Part shown: positions 8,420 through 18,878 of the stretch, piece by piece
How positions within the stretch are numbered: position 1 is the first letter of the stretch
Layout of the letters: the number at the start of each line of letters is the position of its first letter
Origin: a virus
Lineage: Duplodnaviria; Caudoviricetes
Direction: 5' to 3' (one strand)
IMG/VR virus record: IMGVR_UViG_3300044645_001661
Length of the DNA stretch: 64,000 bases
Program-made: the position numbers and the translations under genes
The notes under the pieces: generated by a model
The model's database searches: none
The model's input: the letters and a program-made list of their open reading frames with translations, nothing else
What the model was told of the DNA's origin: nothing

Positions 8420-11400
8420 ATGGCTGTATTAGATCCTAAAAAATTATTACCATCTTCTAAAGAAGAAAATAAAAAGGCATCTTATAGTAATGCTACTCGA
8501 TTTTTAGTACCTGCAAAGAACGTACAGTATAGAGATACTGCACCAGTTCCTCAAGAACTTGAGCAACAAGAATCTAATAAAGATTTAAACAAAGATATTT
8601 TAATAATAAAAGAAAAAGTAATATCTATAGAAGATATTTTAAAAAAAAGTTTAGATTTACAAAAGAAAACGCTAATTGGTAAGAGTAAAGAATTAGAAAA
8701 TAAAAAAAGGGTAAAAAAAGAGAACATTTTAGAACAAAAAAAAGATAAATCACTCCCTGGAGGTTTATCTATTCCCACTAAAAGACTGGGATTACTTGAT
8801 AGTATTAAAAATTTTGTCACTAGCACTTTACTTGGATTTGTTTTAGTAAGATTAGTAAAATATCTTCCACAAATAATTGAGTTCAGTAAAAAATTAACTC
8901 CAGCAATAACTTTCATTGAAAGTTTTATTGGTGGAATGGCTGATAAACTAGTCAGTTTTATTGAAATTGGATATGGTGTTTATGATAAAGTTAGAGATAC
9001 TATCAAAAATATTGGTGGGGAAAATCTCCAAAAAACATTTGATCAATTCTCTGGACAATTAAACACATTTATTAATCTTGCTATAATTGCTGGAATGTCC
9101 ACCATAGGTGGAACTGATTTTGGAATGGGTAAAAAGAAACCAAAAGGTGGATTTGGTAATCAAAAAGGTATTAGTGGAGGGAAACAATTACCAGCAAATG
9201 ATAGACTCAATCGTTATTTGAATCGTGGTAAAGAAGCAAAATTAATTGAAAGAAAATTTGGTAATAGTGCAGCAAGATATTATGAAGAACTAAGAGATTC
9301 TGGTAAAAATTCTTCACAAGCATTTAAAGAAGTTAAGAAAAGATTTCAACCAAGAGGATTATTTAATCGCAGAAATATTTCTGGACTTGCTGGAGATGGG
9401 CAAACTGCAGGACAAGTTGGAAGAAGGGGAATTGGAAGAACTGCTAATAGATTTGCAGCAAGAACTTTTGGTAAAGGTGGTGCAAAAATTGCTAGTGGTG
9501 CTACTAAGGCACTTGGTAGATTTCCAATTATTGGACCTTTAGTTGATTTTGCTTTTAGATATTTTGTTTTACGTGAACCTTTAGGGAAAGCAACTGCGGG
9601 TGCAGTTGGTGCTGGAGTTGGGCAAGCACTTGGAACTTGGCTGGGTGGTACTGTTGGTGGTGTTGCTGGAAGTGTAGTTCCAATTATTGGTAATTTAATT
9701 GGTGCTGGTGCTGGTGCTGCAATTGGTGGACTACTAGGTGGATTGATTGGTGACCAATTGGGTGTGAGTTTATATGAAACAATTACTGCTTATCAAAGAC
9801 CTGAAAAAATTGAAGGACGTGCTAAGGGTGGACAAATATCTACACGAAGTGGAAAGCAAGTAGGTGGAAAAATACAAAGAACATTTAAACGAACAAAACC
9901 AAAACCACCCAAAATATCTGAAAGACCAGTTCAAATTGGTAAAGATGTTGGTGGAAGAGATGTAATAGAAAAAGTATTTAATCCAGAGGATCCAAAAAAT
10001 TCTCAACAAATGAGCTCTTTGAGGGTTTTAACAACTGCGTCTAGTGAGCTTAAAAAACCAAACAGTTCATTTTTTGGACAAATTATGGGCGTTGGTGTTG
10101 ATCTTGTAATGGGTCAAAAACCAAACAAAAATTTTTATGACCGAGTTGGAAATGCTTTTGGTTCCGTTATTCAGCAATTGATTGATGCAAATGCTGATAT
10201 AGCAGTTAATGATACTGCAAGATCTATTTTAGCAATGGCTAATGGTGGAATAGTTCCTACTATGTTGTCAAATGATAAATTAAATTTTGGTGAAAGAGTT
10301 GGAAATTCTGTTGCTGGAATGTTTAGACAATTTGTAGAAAGGCAATCTGATATAATTTTAAATTCTATTAAACTAGAGTCTGAAAAAACACCTCCTGCTG
10401 GATCTGTTACTGGAGATTCTACTGTGGGGATGGATGGAGAACTCGCTGCTGGAACTTTATCGAGGGGTCAAATAAGTATTGAACAACTTGTTGGATTAGC
10501 TAAAGGTGCTGGATTTAGTCAATCTGATGCCGTAATTATGGCTGCAATTGCTATGGCAGAATCTGGTGGAAATTCGAACGCACATAATAATAATCGAGCT
10601 ACTGGAGATAACTCTTATGGATTATGGCAAATTAATATGATTGATAGTCTTGGACCAGAAAGACTTAAACAATTTGGAATTTCGAATTATGAACAGTTAA
10701 AAGATCCCGTAATTAATGCACATGCTGCTAAAAAAACAAAAGAAAGTCAGGGATTTTCTGCCTGGTCAGTTTATAAAAGTGGTGCCTACAAGTCATATTT
10801 AAACGCTGCACAAAGAGCTTCAGGATCTCCAGCGATTACGGTATATAAACCATCTACTGGTGGAAATATTGATCCAAATATGAAGATGGGATCTCAACAA
10901 GGAAGTTTGCAATCAGTGAGATCTTTAGCTGAAAGTATGGGAGTACCATTATTTTCATCTTATCGCCCAGGTTCTAGAGGATTTCATGGTGTTGGTAGAG
11001 CAATGGATTTTTCGAATGATAGTAAAGGACTGGGAACTTCACAACAACTTGCATTGGCAAAAGAAATTGTTAAAAGATATGGAAGTTCTGTACAAGAATT
11101 GATATATACTCCTCTTGGATTTGGAATATCTGGGGGTAAAAAAGTTCCTTTAACGCATTGGGGTCCTCCTTCAAAATCTAAATGGGCTGGTGGAGATCCT
11201 TCCAATACAAATGCTGCTCATTATGATCATGTGCATGTTGCTTTTAAAAAAGGTGGATATACTGGTGATGGTGGTGTTGGTATGCTTCATAAAAACGAAA
11301 TGGTTATGTCTTCAAAAGCAGTTAGTTTATTTGGAAGAGAAACTTTTGAAGCAATGAATGAGATGGGAAATAAAATGCATGATATGAAACCATCTGCAAA

Positions 11401-11602
11401 AATATCAAAAGTAAATAAAAAATCTTATGCTCCAGAAAGTATAAAATCACAAGCATCATATGAGTCTACTGGAATGAAAGTTGTAATACTTCCAATACAT
11501 GAGAGAATTAAATCTACATCTACTATTGGATCTGGTGGAAAAATTCCTACTATTGGAAGATCCGCACACATAGATAATAGTATCGAATCGGCACTAGCAT
11601 GA
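8420..11602 (+). CDS. Tape-measure-like protein with lytic transglycosylase-like and M15-like peptidase domains
   Basis: 1060 aa; Gly/Ala-rich hydrophobic segment; AIAMAESGG...SYGLWQIN; SSYRPGSRGFHGVGRAMDF...HYDHVHV. Confidence 0.7.
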   Translation: MAVLDPKKLLPSSKEENKKASYSNATRFLVPAKNVQYRDTAPVPQELEQQESNKDLNKDILIIKEKVISIEDILKKSLDLQKKTLIGKSKELENKKRVKKENILEQKKDKSLPGGLSIPTKRLGLLDSIKNFVTSTLLGFVLVRLVKYLPQIIEFSKKLTPAITFIESFIGGMADKLVSFIEIGYGVYDKVRDTIKNIGGENLQKTFDQFSGQLNTFINLAIIAGMSTIGGTDFGMGKKKPKGGFGNQKGISGGKQLPANDRLNRYLNRGKEAKLIERKFGNSAARYYEELRDSGKNSSQAFKEVKKRFQPRGLFNRRNISGLAGDGQTAGQVGRRGIGRTANRFAARTFGKGGAKIASGATKALGRFPIIGPLVDFAFRYFVLREPLGKATAGAVGAGVGQALGTWLGGTVGGVAGSVVPIIGNLIGAGAGAAIGGLLGGLIGDQLGVSLYETITAYQRPEKIEGRAKGGQISTRSGKQVGGKIQRTFKRTKPKPPKISERPVQIGKDVGGRDVIEKVFNPEDPKNSQQMSSLRVLTTASSELKKPNSSFFGQIMGVGVDLVMGQKPNKNFYDRVGNAFGSVIQQLIDANADIAVNDTARSILAMANGGIVPTMLSNDKLNFGERVGNSVAGMFRQFVERQSDIILNSIKLESEKTPPAGSVTGDSTVGMDGELAAGTLSRGQISIEQLVGLAKGAGFSQSDAVIMAAIAMAESGGNSNAHNNNRATGDNSYGLWQINMIDSLGPERLKQFGISNYEQLKDPVINAHAAKKTKESQGFSAWSVYKSGAYKSYLNAAQRASGSPAITVYKPSTGGNIDPNMKMGSQQGSLQSVRSLAESMGVPLFSSYRPGSRGFHGVGRAMDFSNDSKGLGTSQQLALAKEIVKRYGSSVQELIYTPLGFGISGGKKVPLTHWGPPSKSKWAGGDPSNTNAAHYDHVHVAFKKGGYTGDGGVGMLHKNEMVMSSKAVSLFGRETFEAMNEMGNKMHDMKPSAKISKVNKKSYAPESIKSQASYESTGMKVVILPIHERIKSTSTIGSGGKIPTIGRSAHIDNSIESALA

Positions 11603-12870
11603 CCGCAAATAAAGAAGCACAATCTGCTAATATTAAAAAGTTTATCATTTACTCTAATAGAGGAAGTGGTTCTTGTGATGTGTCTGCTGGTGTTGTGTTG
11701 TTTGATTATTATGAGAGTGTGTTAGAACATACAGTAACGGTTTCTGTTACAATTATTGATACTGGAAATGCTGCAAATAATAAAACTGTTCTAGAAGGAC
11801 TAAAATTATCTGGATTTGAAAAGGTTGAACTTGAGTTTGAAGATAATTATGGAAATGTATTAAAATTTGATGAATTATATGTATCTAAAATTAGAAATAT
11901 TTTTTCAGATAGACAAAATGCAGTATTTACTTTAGATATTGTAAGTAAAGAATATCTGACGAATCAATTTACAAACTCTGAAGTTTATCGAAGATTTGAT
12001 GGAGAAATATCAGAATCTGTAATGAGAATTCTGAGAGATAACATAAAAACTGATAAAATTATAGATGTAGATACAACCGTAAACAAATATAATTTTATTG
12101 GTGGAGGTAAAAAACCATTTAAACTTGCCACAGAGGTTGCAAAATTATCAGTTCCTAGTGGGTCATCTGGAACTTCTGCTGGATATTTTTTATTTGAAAC
12201 TTATGATGGGTTTAAATTTAAATCTATAGATAAATTATTTGAACAAGAACCCGTAAAAAAATATATTTTTAATGGAACTACATTACTTCCACCAGGATAT
12301 GATGCTAAAATATTAAGATATGATGCCAGCAAAACAATTGATGTAATGTCTAATTTGATTATGGGATCTTATGAAAGTAAAATGGAATCGTTTGATCCAT
12401 ATACAGATAAATTTAAAACCACTAAGCAATTGTCATCAGAACAGCAGGAAGAACTTGGTGGATTAGAGTCTCCCAAATTAGGTGAAGGTTTTGAGGGTGC
12501 AACTAGAAGATCTTATAAAAGAATGGATGTTGGGCATTTACCCGAACCAGCAAACAATAGTAAGGCTCAACTTCAAAAATCGACAAAAGAAAATTTAGAT
12601 TCTAATAATGTTCTTATTCAATCTTCTATGAGATATAATCAGGTTTTTACTCTGATATTAAGTATTATTATTCCAGGAGATTGTTCATTAAGAGCTGGTG
12701 ATTTAGTTTTTTGTGATTTCCCAGAACAAGGTGAAAAGGACACAATTATGGCAGACAAGGAATTAAGTGGTATATATATGATATCAGATATATGTTTTCA
12801 CATTACACCAAGTTCAACTCTAACAAAGATAAATTTGGTTCGTGATTCATTTGGAAGAAAACCAAGGTAA
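11599..12870 (+). CDS. Baseplate hub/tail protein (gp27-like)
   Basis: DYYESVL...GYFLFETYDGFKFKSIDKL...IPGDCSLRAGDLV...LSGIYMI...L.RDSFG; synteny. Confidence 0.65.
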   Translation: MTANKEAQSANIKKFIIYSNRGSGSCDVSAGVVLFDYYESVLEHTVTVSVTIIDTGNAANNKTVLEGLKLSGFEKVELEFEDNYGNVLKFDELYVSKIRNIFSDRQNAVFTLDIVSKEYLTNQFTNSEVYRRFDGEISESVMRILRDNIKTDKIIDVDTTVNKYNFIGGGKKPFKLATEVAKLSVPSGSSGTSAGYFLFETYDGFKFKSIDKLFEQEPVKKYIFNGTTLLPPGYDAKILRYDASKTIDVMSNLIMGSYESKMESFDPYTDKFKTTKQLSSEQQEELGGLESPKLGEGFEGATRRSYKRMDVGHLPEPANNSKAQLQKSTKENLDSNNVLIQSSMRYNQVFTLILSIIIPGDCSLRAGDLVFCDFPEQGEKDTIMADKELSGIYMISDICFHITPSSTLTKINLVRDSFGRKPR

Positions 12871-12875
12871 AAATC

Positions 12876-13088
12876 ATGGATACCATCAATCAACATATTG
12901 AACAGGATAAAAAAATTCTTGATGATCCTTTAACTTCTCCTCAATGTCGTCGTCACACCGAAGATGAATTGAAGTCATTAGAATCATATAAAGAAAATCA
13001 TCCAAATGATGATCACGATCCTTCTCCTTTAGAATTATTTTGTGATGAAAATCCTGATGCTCCTGAATGTAGAATATACGAAAGTTAA
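12876..13088 (+). CDS. cp12: CP12-like Calvin cycle inhibitor (cyanophage type)
   Basis: C-terminal LELFCDENPDAPECRIYE with the C-x8-C pair. Confidence 0.85.
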   Translation: MDTINQHIEQDKKILDDPLTSPQCRRHTEDELKSLESYKENHPNDDHDPSPLELFCDENPDAPECRIYES

Positions 13089-13091
13089 TAA

Positions 13092-15425
13092 ATGGAATTT
13101 GCTGGATCTTTTTTATTTGAATCGGATAAACCATGGTTAATATGGGAAGGAATTGTTGCACCTAGAAGTGAATGGCCCAGAGATGATGAGGGTCTTGAAA
13201 CTAGAGAGCAATTACAAAATTGGGCTTATCGTGTCAAGGTGAGAATACAACATGTTCATCCTGCGGATAAAAAAATACTTCCAGATTCTGCTCTTCCTTG
13301 GATTGAAGTCCCTACAACTATTATGGGATCTGGGCATAAAGGTACTGGAATAACCCCTGGAATTACTCAAGGAACTAGAGTTTGGGGTATTTGGGGAAGT
13401 CCCTCTACAAAAACCAATCCCATAATGTTGGGTGTTAAAGTAAATAATGATCAAACAGAATTAGTAAAAACTCAACCATCTGACGCAGCATTTACTCCTT
13501 ACAGTGGATATACTCCTGAAGATATTGTCGCTGGATATGATGTACCTTTAGCAAAGGGATTACCTTTAGAAGGAATAAATTATCCAAATATTTGGAGTAT
13601 TTCTGATTTAGACATATTAAATGAACCTAAATTTGCTGTAGCAGCACCATCAGACTGTGAAAAAATTCCTTTAAGAGGAATTCAAAAATCAATTCAAGGT
13701 TTAATACAAGATATTGAAAAAGTTCAAAGTCAATTGAAAAGATGGCAAAATTCTGCACAAGGTTGGATTGCTGATAAAAAAGCTTACATTCAAAAATTAA
13801 TTGACAAAGCGGCAAAATTTATTTCTAAAGCACTCAAATGGGTATTTGAAGAAATTAGAAAATATGTTTTGGAACAAATAAATGATAAAACAAAAAAACT
13901 TTATTATTTGGTAAATCCACCAGATAGAGATAAAGTAAAAGCTGCAAAAGATACTGTTGTAGAATTAATAATTTGTTTGTTTAATAAGTTAATTGCCAAT
14001 CTAATTAAAATGGTTGGTAGATTTTTATTTAATGCTTTTGATAAATTTATCACTGTTCCTGAATGTGTAGTTGAAAACTTTATTGCCAATTTATTAGGTA
14101 ATATATTGGGTCTTGTTAGTGGACTAGTAGATAAAATACTTGGAACTTTATCTTCTATTTTGGGTACAGTTTTTAGTATCGCTGATGGTATTCTTGGACT
14201 TCTTAAAGCGATTCTTGGATTTTTCTTATGTGATGAAAAACAAGAATGCCCACAAGCTAAAGAATGGGATATATTTGAAGCTGGAGAACCTGGATCTATT
14301 TTTGATTTCGATTCTATTATAAGTAAGGCTAAAGGTATTGCTGCTAGTGTATCTGGGTTATCCAGTATTGATGATTTGAATATTAATTTCTCCAACATGA
14401 TTTCTGGTAAAGGATCTGCATTTGATGCTTGTAATACTGGACCAGTATTTTGTGGTCCCCCCGCAGTTCAAATTTGGGGTGGTGGTGGATCTGGTGCCAT
14501 AGGAAATGCTATAATAAGTGCTTCTGGAGATTTATTGGGTGTTGATATAATTGCAGGTGGATTTGGATATACTGAAGCACCATATGTTAATTTTAAAGAT
14601 CCTTGTGGAAAAGGTAAAGGTAGTAGAGGTAGAGTTGTAATTGATGATGATGGTAGTGGAAATGGAACTGGGTCCGTATCAAATGTAGTTATTTTAGATG
14701 AAGGGTATGGATATTTACCCTCACCAAATGGAGATCTTGGTGGTGATGGGAGAACGTGGGCAACAAATAATCAAACAATTGTTCAAAGATCTAGTGGTAG
14801 TTATGATCTTCCTTATGATCCAGGTGAAGAAATAATTCCAGAGTTAAGAGGTGGTGATCGAGTAATTAGGCCAGAAGATAGGACTATATTGAACACTATT
14901 GCCGTTTTGGGTGGAGGTTCTAATAATCCTACTAATTTTGATCCTACTAATATTGGAATTGCTGGAAGTAGTACTGGTAGTTCAAGTATAGGATTTGCTG
15001 GAACTGATACTGCATCTAATAATATTTCTGTACCTGGAACTGGTATTGGTGGAGGAACAGATTTTAAATCTTTCCCAAGAATTAATGTTGGTTCTTATCC
15101 TGTAATTTTATATCTTTGTGGTATTGATATTGAGAATGCTGGTATAAATTATTCTAGTGAAGATAAAATTGTCATAGAACCAAATACTGGTGGAGCTGTT
15201 GTAGAACCAATTTTTGGACCATTTGGTGTATTAACTGGAATTAATATTATTGATGGTGGAAAAGGATTTACTGAAAGACCAAATATTTACATTAATTCTG
15301 AAACAGGTTATAATGCAAAATTGAATCCTATATTTTGTGTTAGTAGATTTGGTGATGATACTGATGGTGAAGTTCCCAAAAATGTCAATATTATTAGAGT
15401 AGTAGATTGTGTGGGTAAAGTTTAA
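13092..15425 (+). CDS. gp5: gp5-like hub/spike N-terminal part (OB fold, helical region, GxGY repeats; no lysozyme motif seen)
   Basis: RVKVRIQHVHP...LPWIEV...GITQGTRVWGIW...PIMLG. Confidence 0.7.
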   Translation: MEFAGSFLFESDKPWLIWEGIVAPRSEWPRDDEGLETREQLQNWAYRVKVRIQHVHPADKKILPDSALPWIEVPTTIMGSGHKGTGITPGITQGTRVWGIWGSPSTKTNPIMLGVKVNNDQTELVKTQPSDAAFTPYSGYTPEDIVAGYDVPLAKGLPLEGINYPNIWSISDLDILNEPKFAVAAPSDCEKIPLRGIQKSIQGLIQDIEKVQSQLKRWQNSAQGWIADKKAYIQKLIDKAAKFISKALKWVFEEIRKYVLEQINDKTKKLYYLVNPPDRDKVKAAKDTVVELIICLFNKLIANLIKMVGRFLFNAFDKFITVPECVVENFIANLLGNILGLVSGLVDKILGTLSSILGTVFSIADGILGLLKAILGFFLCDEKQECPQAKEWDIFEAGEPGSIFDFDSIISKAKGIAASVSGLSSIDDLNINFSNMISGKGSAFDACNTGPVFCGPPAVQIWGGGGSGAIGNAIISASGDLLGVDIIAGGFGYTEAPYVNFKDPCGKGKGSRGRVVIDDDGSGNGTGSVSNVVILDEGYGYLPSPNGDLGGDGRTWATNNQTIVQRSSGSYDLPYDPGEEIIPELRGGDRVIRPEDRTILNTIAVLGGGSNNPTNFDPTNIGIAGSSTGSSSIGFAGTDTASNNISVPGTGIGGGTDFKSFPRINVGSYPVILYLCGIDIENAGINYSSEDKIVIEPNTGGAVVEPIFGPFGVLTGINIIDGGKGFTERPNIYINSETGYNAKLNPIFCVSRFGDDTDGEVPKNVNIIRVVDCVGKV

Positions 15426-16009
15426 TGACAAAGGCTAAAATACATAATCCATTAAAACTTGGTAATGATTATGGGCAAATAAAATTTGGGCACATTAATA
15501 TTAATAATCATGTTGCTGGTGTAATGATACGTAATGGTCCTCCAGCACCTGCTGCGGAACATTATATGCAGCTTATGTCTACTGGGACTATGGCTGGTGG
15601 AACAATTAATAGATGTCCTGGAGTCTATCAGATTTGGTGTGGTAATAATCCAGTAACAAATGTATCATTTGTTTTAAATGCTGTTGATGGGGATATCATT
15701 ATTCGTGCTCCAAATGGTAGAATAATGATGGAAGCAAAAAATATTGATATTAGAGCAAATGGTGATAGTAACAAAAGTGGATTTGTAAATATTGATGCTA
15801 ATGAAAAAGTAATTATTCGTTCTAAAAATATTGAACTTAATGCATCTTCAGTAGCAAAATTTTTCTCTTCTGGATTATGTGAAGTAGTTGGCAAAAATAC
15901 ATTAAATTTTGCTGGAGGTTTAATTGATTGTGCAGATGGTGCTACCTCCGTTAAAAAATCTAAAGGAATATCTAACTTAGAAAATCAAGAAGCAAGGGAC
16001 TCGACTTAA
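15425..16009 (+). CDS. gp5 C-terminal beta-helix-like spike protein
   Basis: Beta-strand repeats GDIIIRAPNGRIMMEAKNIDIRA...VNIDANEKVIIRSKNI; directly after gp5. Confidence 0.55.
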   Translation: MTKAKIHNPLKLGNDYGQIKFGHININNHVAGVMIRNGPPAPAAEHYMQLMSTGTMAGGTINRCPGVYQIWCGNNPVTNVSFVLNAVDGDIIIRAPNGRIMMEAKNIDIRANGDSNKSGFVNIDANEKVIIRSKNIELNASSVAKFFSSGLCEVVGKNTLNFAGGLIDCADGATSVKKSKGISNLENQEARDST

Positions 16010-16010
16010 T

Positions 16011-16790
16011 ATGAAATTACCTGACGTAGAAGTTAAAAAAAGATTATTTGTTGGTGTTGGTGATCCGTCACTTGTATTGGGATTGGGACCAACAGAAATT
16101 AGAGGATCTGCGTATGTAGAAGGACCAGAAGTTGTTGGAGATCCAAAAGTTTTTGGTGCAGGACCAAAAGCTACCTTGATGGTTGGTCCAAATAAAAACT
16201 CAGACTCTCCACCAAATATTATTCCTGGTGCTTTATGTACTGGTAACAATTCACCTTATTCATTAGGTGTAATTGGTAATGCTGCTATTTTTACACATCT
16301 CGATGTAAATGGTAACATTAGTGCTGGTAATAATATTATTGCTCAGGGTGAAGTGATGTCACGTTGTGGTGGGCATATTCTTTCTGCTAAAAAGAATTTT
16401 GACATTCCACACCCGACAAAAGAGGGGTGGAGACTTCGCCATACTTGCCCAGAAGGACCATCTAATGATGTATATTTTCGAGGTAAAACTAAAAAAAATA
16501 TTATAGAACTTCCAGAATACTGGTTAAATTTAGTTGATGAAGATTCTATAACTGTTAATTTAACACCGATTGGAATAAATCAAGACCTAGTTGTTGAGGA
16601 TATTAAAGATAATAAAATTTATATAAAAAATAATGGATTCCCAATACATTGCTTTTATCATGTTTATGGTGAAAGAAAAGATGGTGAAAAACTAATTCCT
16701 GAATACGAAGGTTCTACCCCTGCAGATTATCCAGGTAATAATGATGAATACTCTGTATCTGGATATCATTATGATGTTAAGGAGGATTAA
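16011..16790 (+). CDS. Spike/fibre-associated protein, FDIxHP family
   Basis: KNFDIPHPTKEGWRLRHTCPEGPSNDVYFRGK...EYEGSTPADYPG. Confidence 0.6.
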   Translation: MKLPDVEVKKRLFVGVGDPSLVLGLGPTEIRGSAYVEGPEVVGDPKVFGAGPKATLMVGPNKNSDSPPNIIPGALCTGNNSPYSLGVIGNAAIFTHLDVNGNISAGNNIIAQGEVMSRCGGHILSAKKNFDIPHPTKEGWRLRHTCPEGPSNDVYFRGKTKKNIIELPEYWLNLVDEDSITVNLTPIGINQDLVVEDIKDNKIYIKNNGFPIHCFYHVYGERKDGEKLIPEYEGSTPADYPGNNDEYSVSGYHYDVKED

Positions 16791-16792
16791 AA

Positions 16793-17449
16793 ATGGCTGA
16801 AGAAGGAACTTTTGTATCAAAAAGAGTTGGACGAAGAAATTGTGGAGATAAAGGTATTAAAGGACCATTCTCTACAAAATTTGATTATATTTTAAAATCT
16901 TTGACTGGGGATGATGATTATCCAAAAGAAGCATGTACTCCCTGGATTCATTATAACGTTAAGGTTGGAAATTTAAAGGCGGATCAAATTGTTCAAGCAG
17001 CAGATGTTAAAACTGCATCAGTTAGTTCATTAAATGCAAAGGCTGCAGTTTGGGATTCTAAGAAATCTTTTGATATTCAACACCCAACAAAACAAGAACA
17101 TCGTCTTAGATATATTTGTCTGGAAGGACCAACTGCAGATGTATATTTGCGTGGAAAACTAGTAAATAACTCTTATATTGAGTTGCCAGATTATTGGAAA
17201 GATTTTGTTGATATGGAAACTTTAGCGATAACGTTAACTCCAAATGGACATTGGCAAGAATTATTTGTCGATAAAATTGAATGGGGTAATAAAATTCATA
17301 TCAAAAATAATTCTGGAACTTCAATTAATTGTGATTATGTTGTGTTTGGTGAACGTATTGATACAAATAAAAATATTTCTGAGTATCAAGGCTTGACACC
17401 AGCAGACTATCCAGGGGATAATAAGGAATATAATATTAACGGTAAGTGA
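16793..17449 (+). CDS. Paralog of 16011-16790
   Basis: KSFDIQHPTKQEHRLRYICLEGPTADVYLRGK...EYQGLTPADYPG. Confidence 0.6.
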   Translation: MAEEGTFVSKRVGRRNCGDKGIKGPFSTKFDYILKSLTGDDDYPKEACTPWIHYNVKVGNLKADQIVQAADVKTASVSSLNAKAAVWDSKKSFDIQHPTKQEHRLRYICLEGPTADVYLRGKLVNNSYIELPDYWKDFVDMETLAITLTPNGHWQELFVDKIEWGNKIHIKNNSGTSINCDYVVFGERIDTNKNISEYQGLTPADYPGDNKEYNINGK

Positions 17450-18123
17450 TGCATAGAGTACATGAAGCATTCCCCCTGATTGTTTATCAGGGAATGGTGG
17501 ATTGTCACGAAAAAATTAAGAGTAATCTTGATGAACTTCGTGACTATTGGTTTGATGGATATCAGAATGAAAGTCCAGAATATTCTGGTAGAATTTTTGT
17601 TCATCAAAAAAAGTCTTGTAAACCTTTTTTTGAAGAATTACGTACACATGTTGATAATTATTTTGGATATTTAAATGTTGATTATTCAAAATTAGATTAT
17701 CATATTATCAAATCTTGGGTTGGATATCATCAAGATGATGAGACACCATCTGTAAAACCTCATAATCACAATGCATCAGATTTGAGTTTTGTTTATTATG
17801 TTAAAACTGATGAGACTTCTGATAAATTTTGCGTAGCACAAGAAAAAAATCCTAATGAATGTGTTGGTGATTTGTTCATGGAAGCAATGCAAAGAAATTT
17901 AATTACTGGATATAATAAGTATAATTGTAATGTTTATAGTATTACTCCTATTGAAGGTAGTGTTGTAATATTTCCAAGTAAAATTGGTCATTTTACTCAA
18001 AAGTTTACCGAACGACAAGGGGAGAGGTTAGTTATTCCTGGAGATATTCGAGTTACTTTAAAACCACAAAATCCAGATTATCATCAAGGGTCTACACATC
18101 CTTCTCAATGGTTACAACTTTGA
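17446..18123 (+). CDS. 2OG-Fe(II) oxygenase-like
   Basis: IIKSW...PHNHNASDLSFVYYV...EGSVVIFPSKIGHFT...RLVI. Confidence 0.75.
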   Translation: MMHRVHEAFPLIVYQGMVDCHEKIKSNLDELRDYWFDGYQNESPEYSGRIFVHQKKSCKPFFEELRTHVDNYFGYLNVDYSKLDYHIIKSWVGYHQDDETPSVKPHNHNASDLSFVYYVKTDETSDKFCVAQEKNPNECVGDLFMEAMQRNLITGYNKYNCNVYSITPIEGSVVIFPSKIGHFTQKFTERQGERLVIPGDIRVTLKPQNPDYHQGSTHPSQWLQL

Positions 18124-18850
18124 GAGGGTCGTGTTTTTTATAGATCTTTTGGACCTCTGACATCCAAGGTTCATCTCTCATCATCCAATCCATATCATAA
18201 TCAAGTGTGATATGCTCTGGACCAATATACCTGTCGATGTATGATTTGATTAGGGTTTCTCCAAGAGAGACATCACCCCAATCATTATCGTGCATCTCTT
18301 TTGTTTTCGTATATAATTTAAGATATTTTTTCATCCAATAACAGTTACCATGGGCAAAGTAATCCACGTAAGAATCTTCTGGATTACACGGTCCTGGATG
18401 AACTTTCCATGCTGGTAGGACTAAATCTTTATCTGGTTGAAGTTTAAAATTTTTAATAGAAAAGTCGCCTCTACATTTGATAATAGTGTCATATTCCATG
18501 GGATTAAAAAGACGCAATCCCAAATAATTAGAATACCATTGTCGGAGGATTCTATATGACCATTCTCTTCCATTTATTTCTAACCCATTTGATTTGAATT
18601 TAAATTCTGGAAGAGTCTCTTTATCTCTAAACAAGTAGTTTTTAGGTTTATATTCTTTTATTATTTTATCTATATCTATCCGAACTATTCCAGATCCCAT
18701 GTAAAGTTCGGAATAATTGTAAGAACTGATATATACATCAGTTGAATACTTGTCAATAATATTAGATTTTATGTTTTGGAAGTGGTTCTCCCAATTTCTC
18801 ATGTATCCAGTCAATAATAATGCTATTTTCATTTCATTTTTAAATATCAT
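18092..18850 (-). CDS. Glycosyltransferase-like hypothetical protein
   Basis: KIALLLTGYMR...DVYISS...YDTIIKCRGD...DYFAHG...GETLIK. Confidence 0.5.
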   Translation of the reverse strand: MIFKNEMKIALLLTGYMRNWENHFQNIKSNIIDKYSTDVYISSYNYSELYMGSGIVRIDIDKIIKEYKPKNYLFRDKETLPEFKFKSNGLEINGREWSYRILRQWYSNYLGLRLFNPMEYDTIIKCRGDFSIKNFKLQPDKDLVLPAWKVHPGPCNPEDSYVDYFAHGNCYWMKKYLKLYTKTKEMHDNDWGDVSLGETLIKSYIDRYIGPEHITLDYDMDWMMRDEPWMSEVQKIYKKHDPLKVVTIEKDV

Positions 18851-18878
18851 ATATATAAAATTATAATGATAATTTAAA

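Noticed and set aside
6864-16249. Minus-strand ORFs over the structural genes (e.g. 6864, 8551, 13904, 15628, 15977)
   Set aside because: Expected from codon bias of the plus-strand genes.
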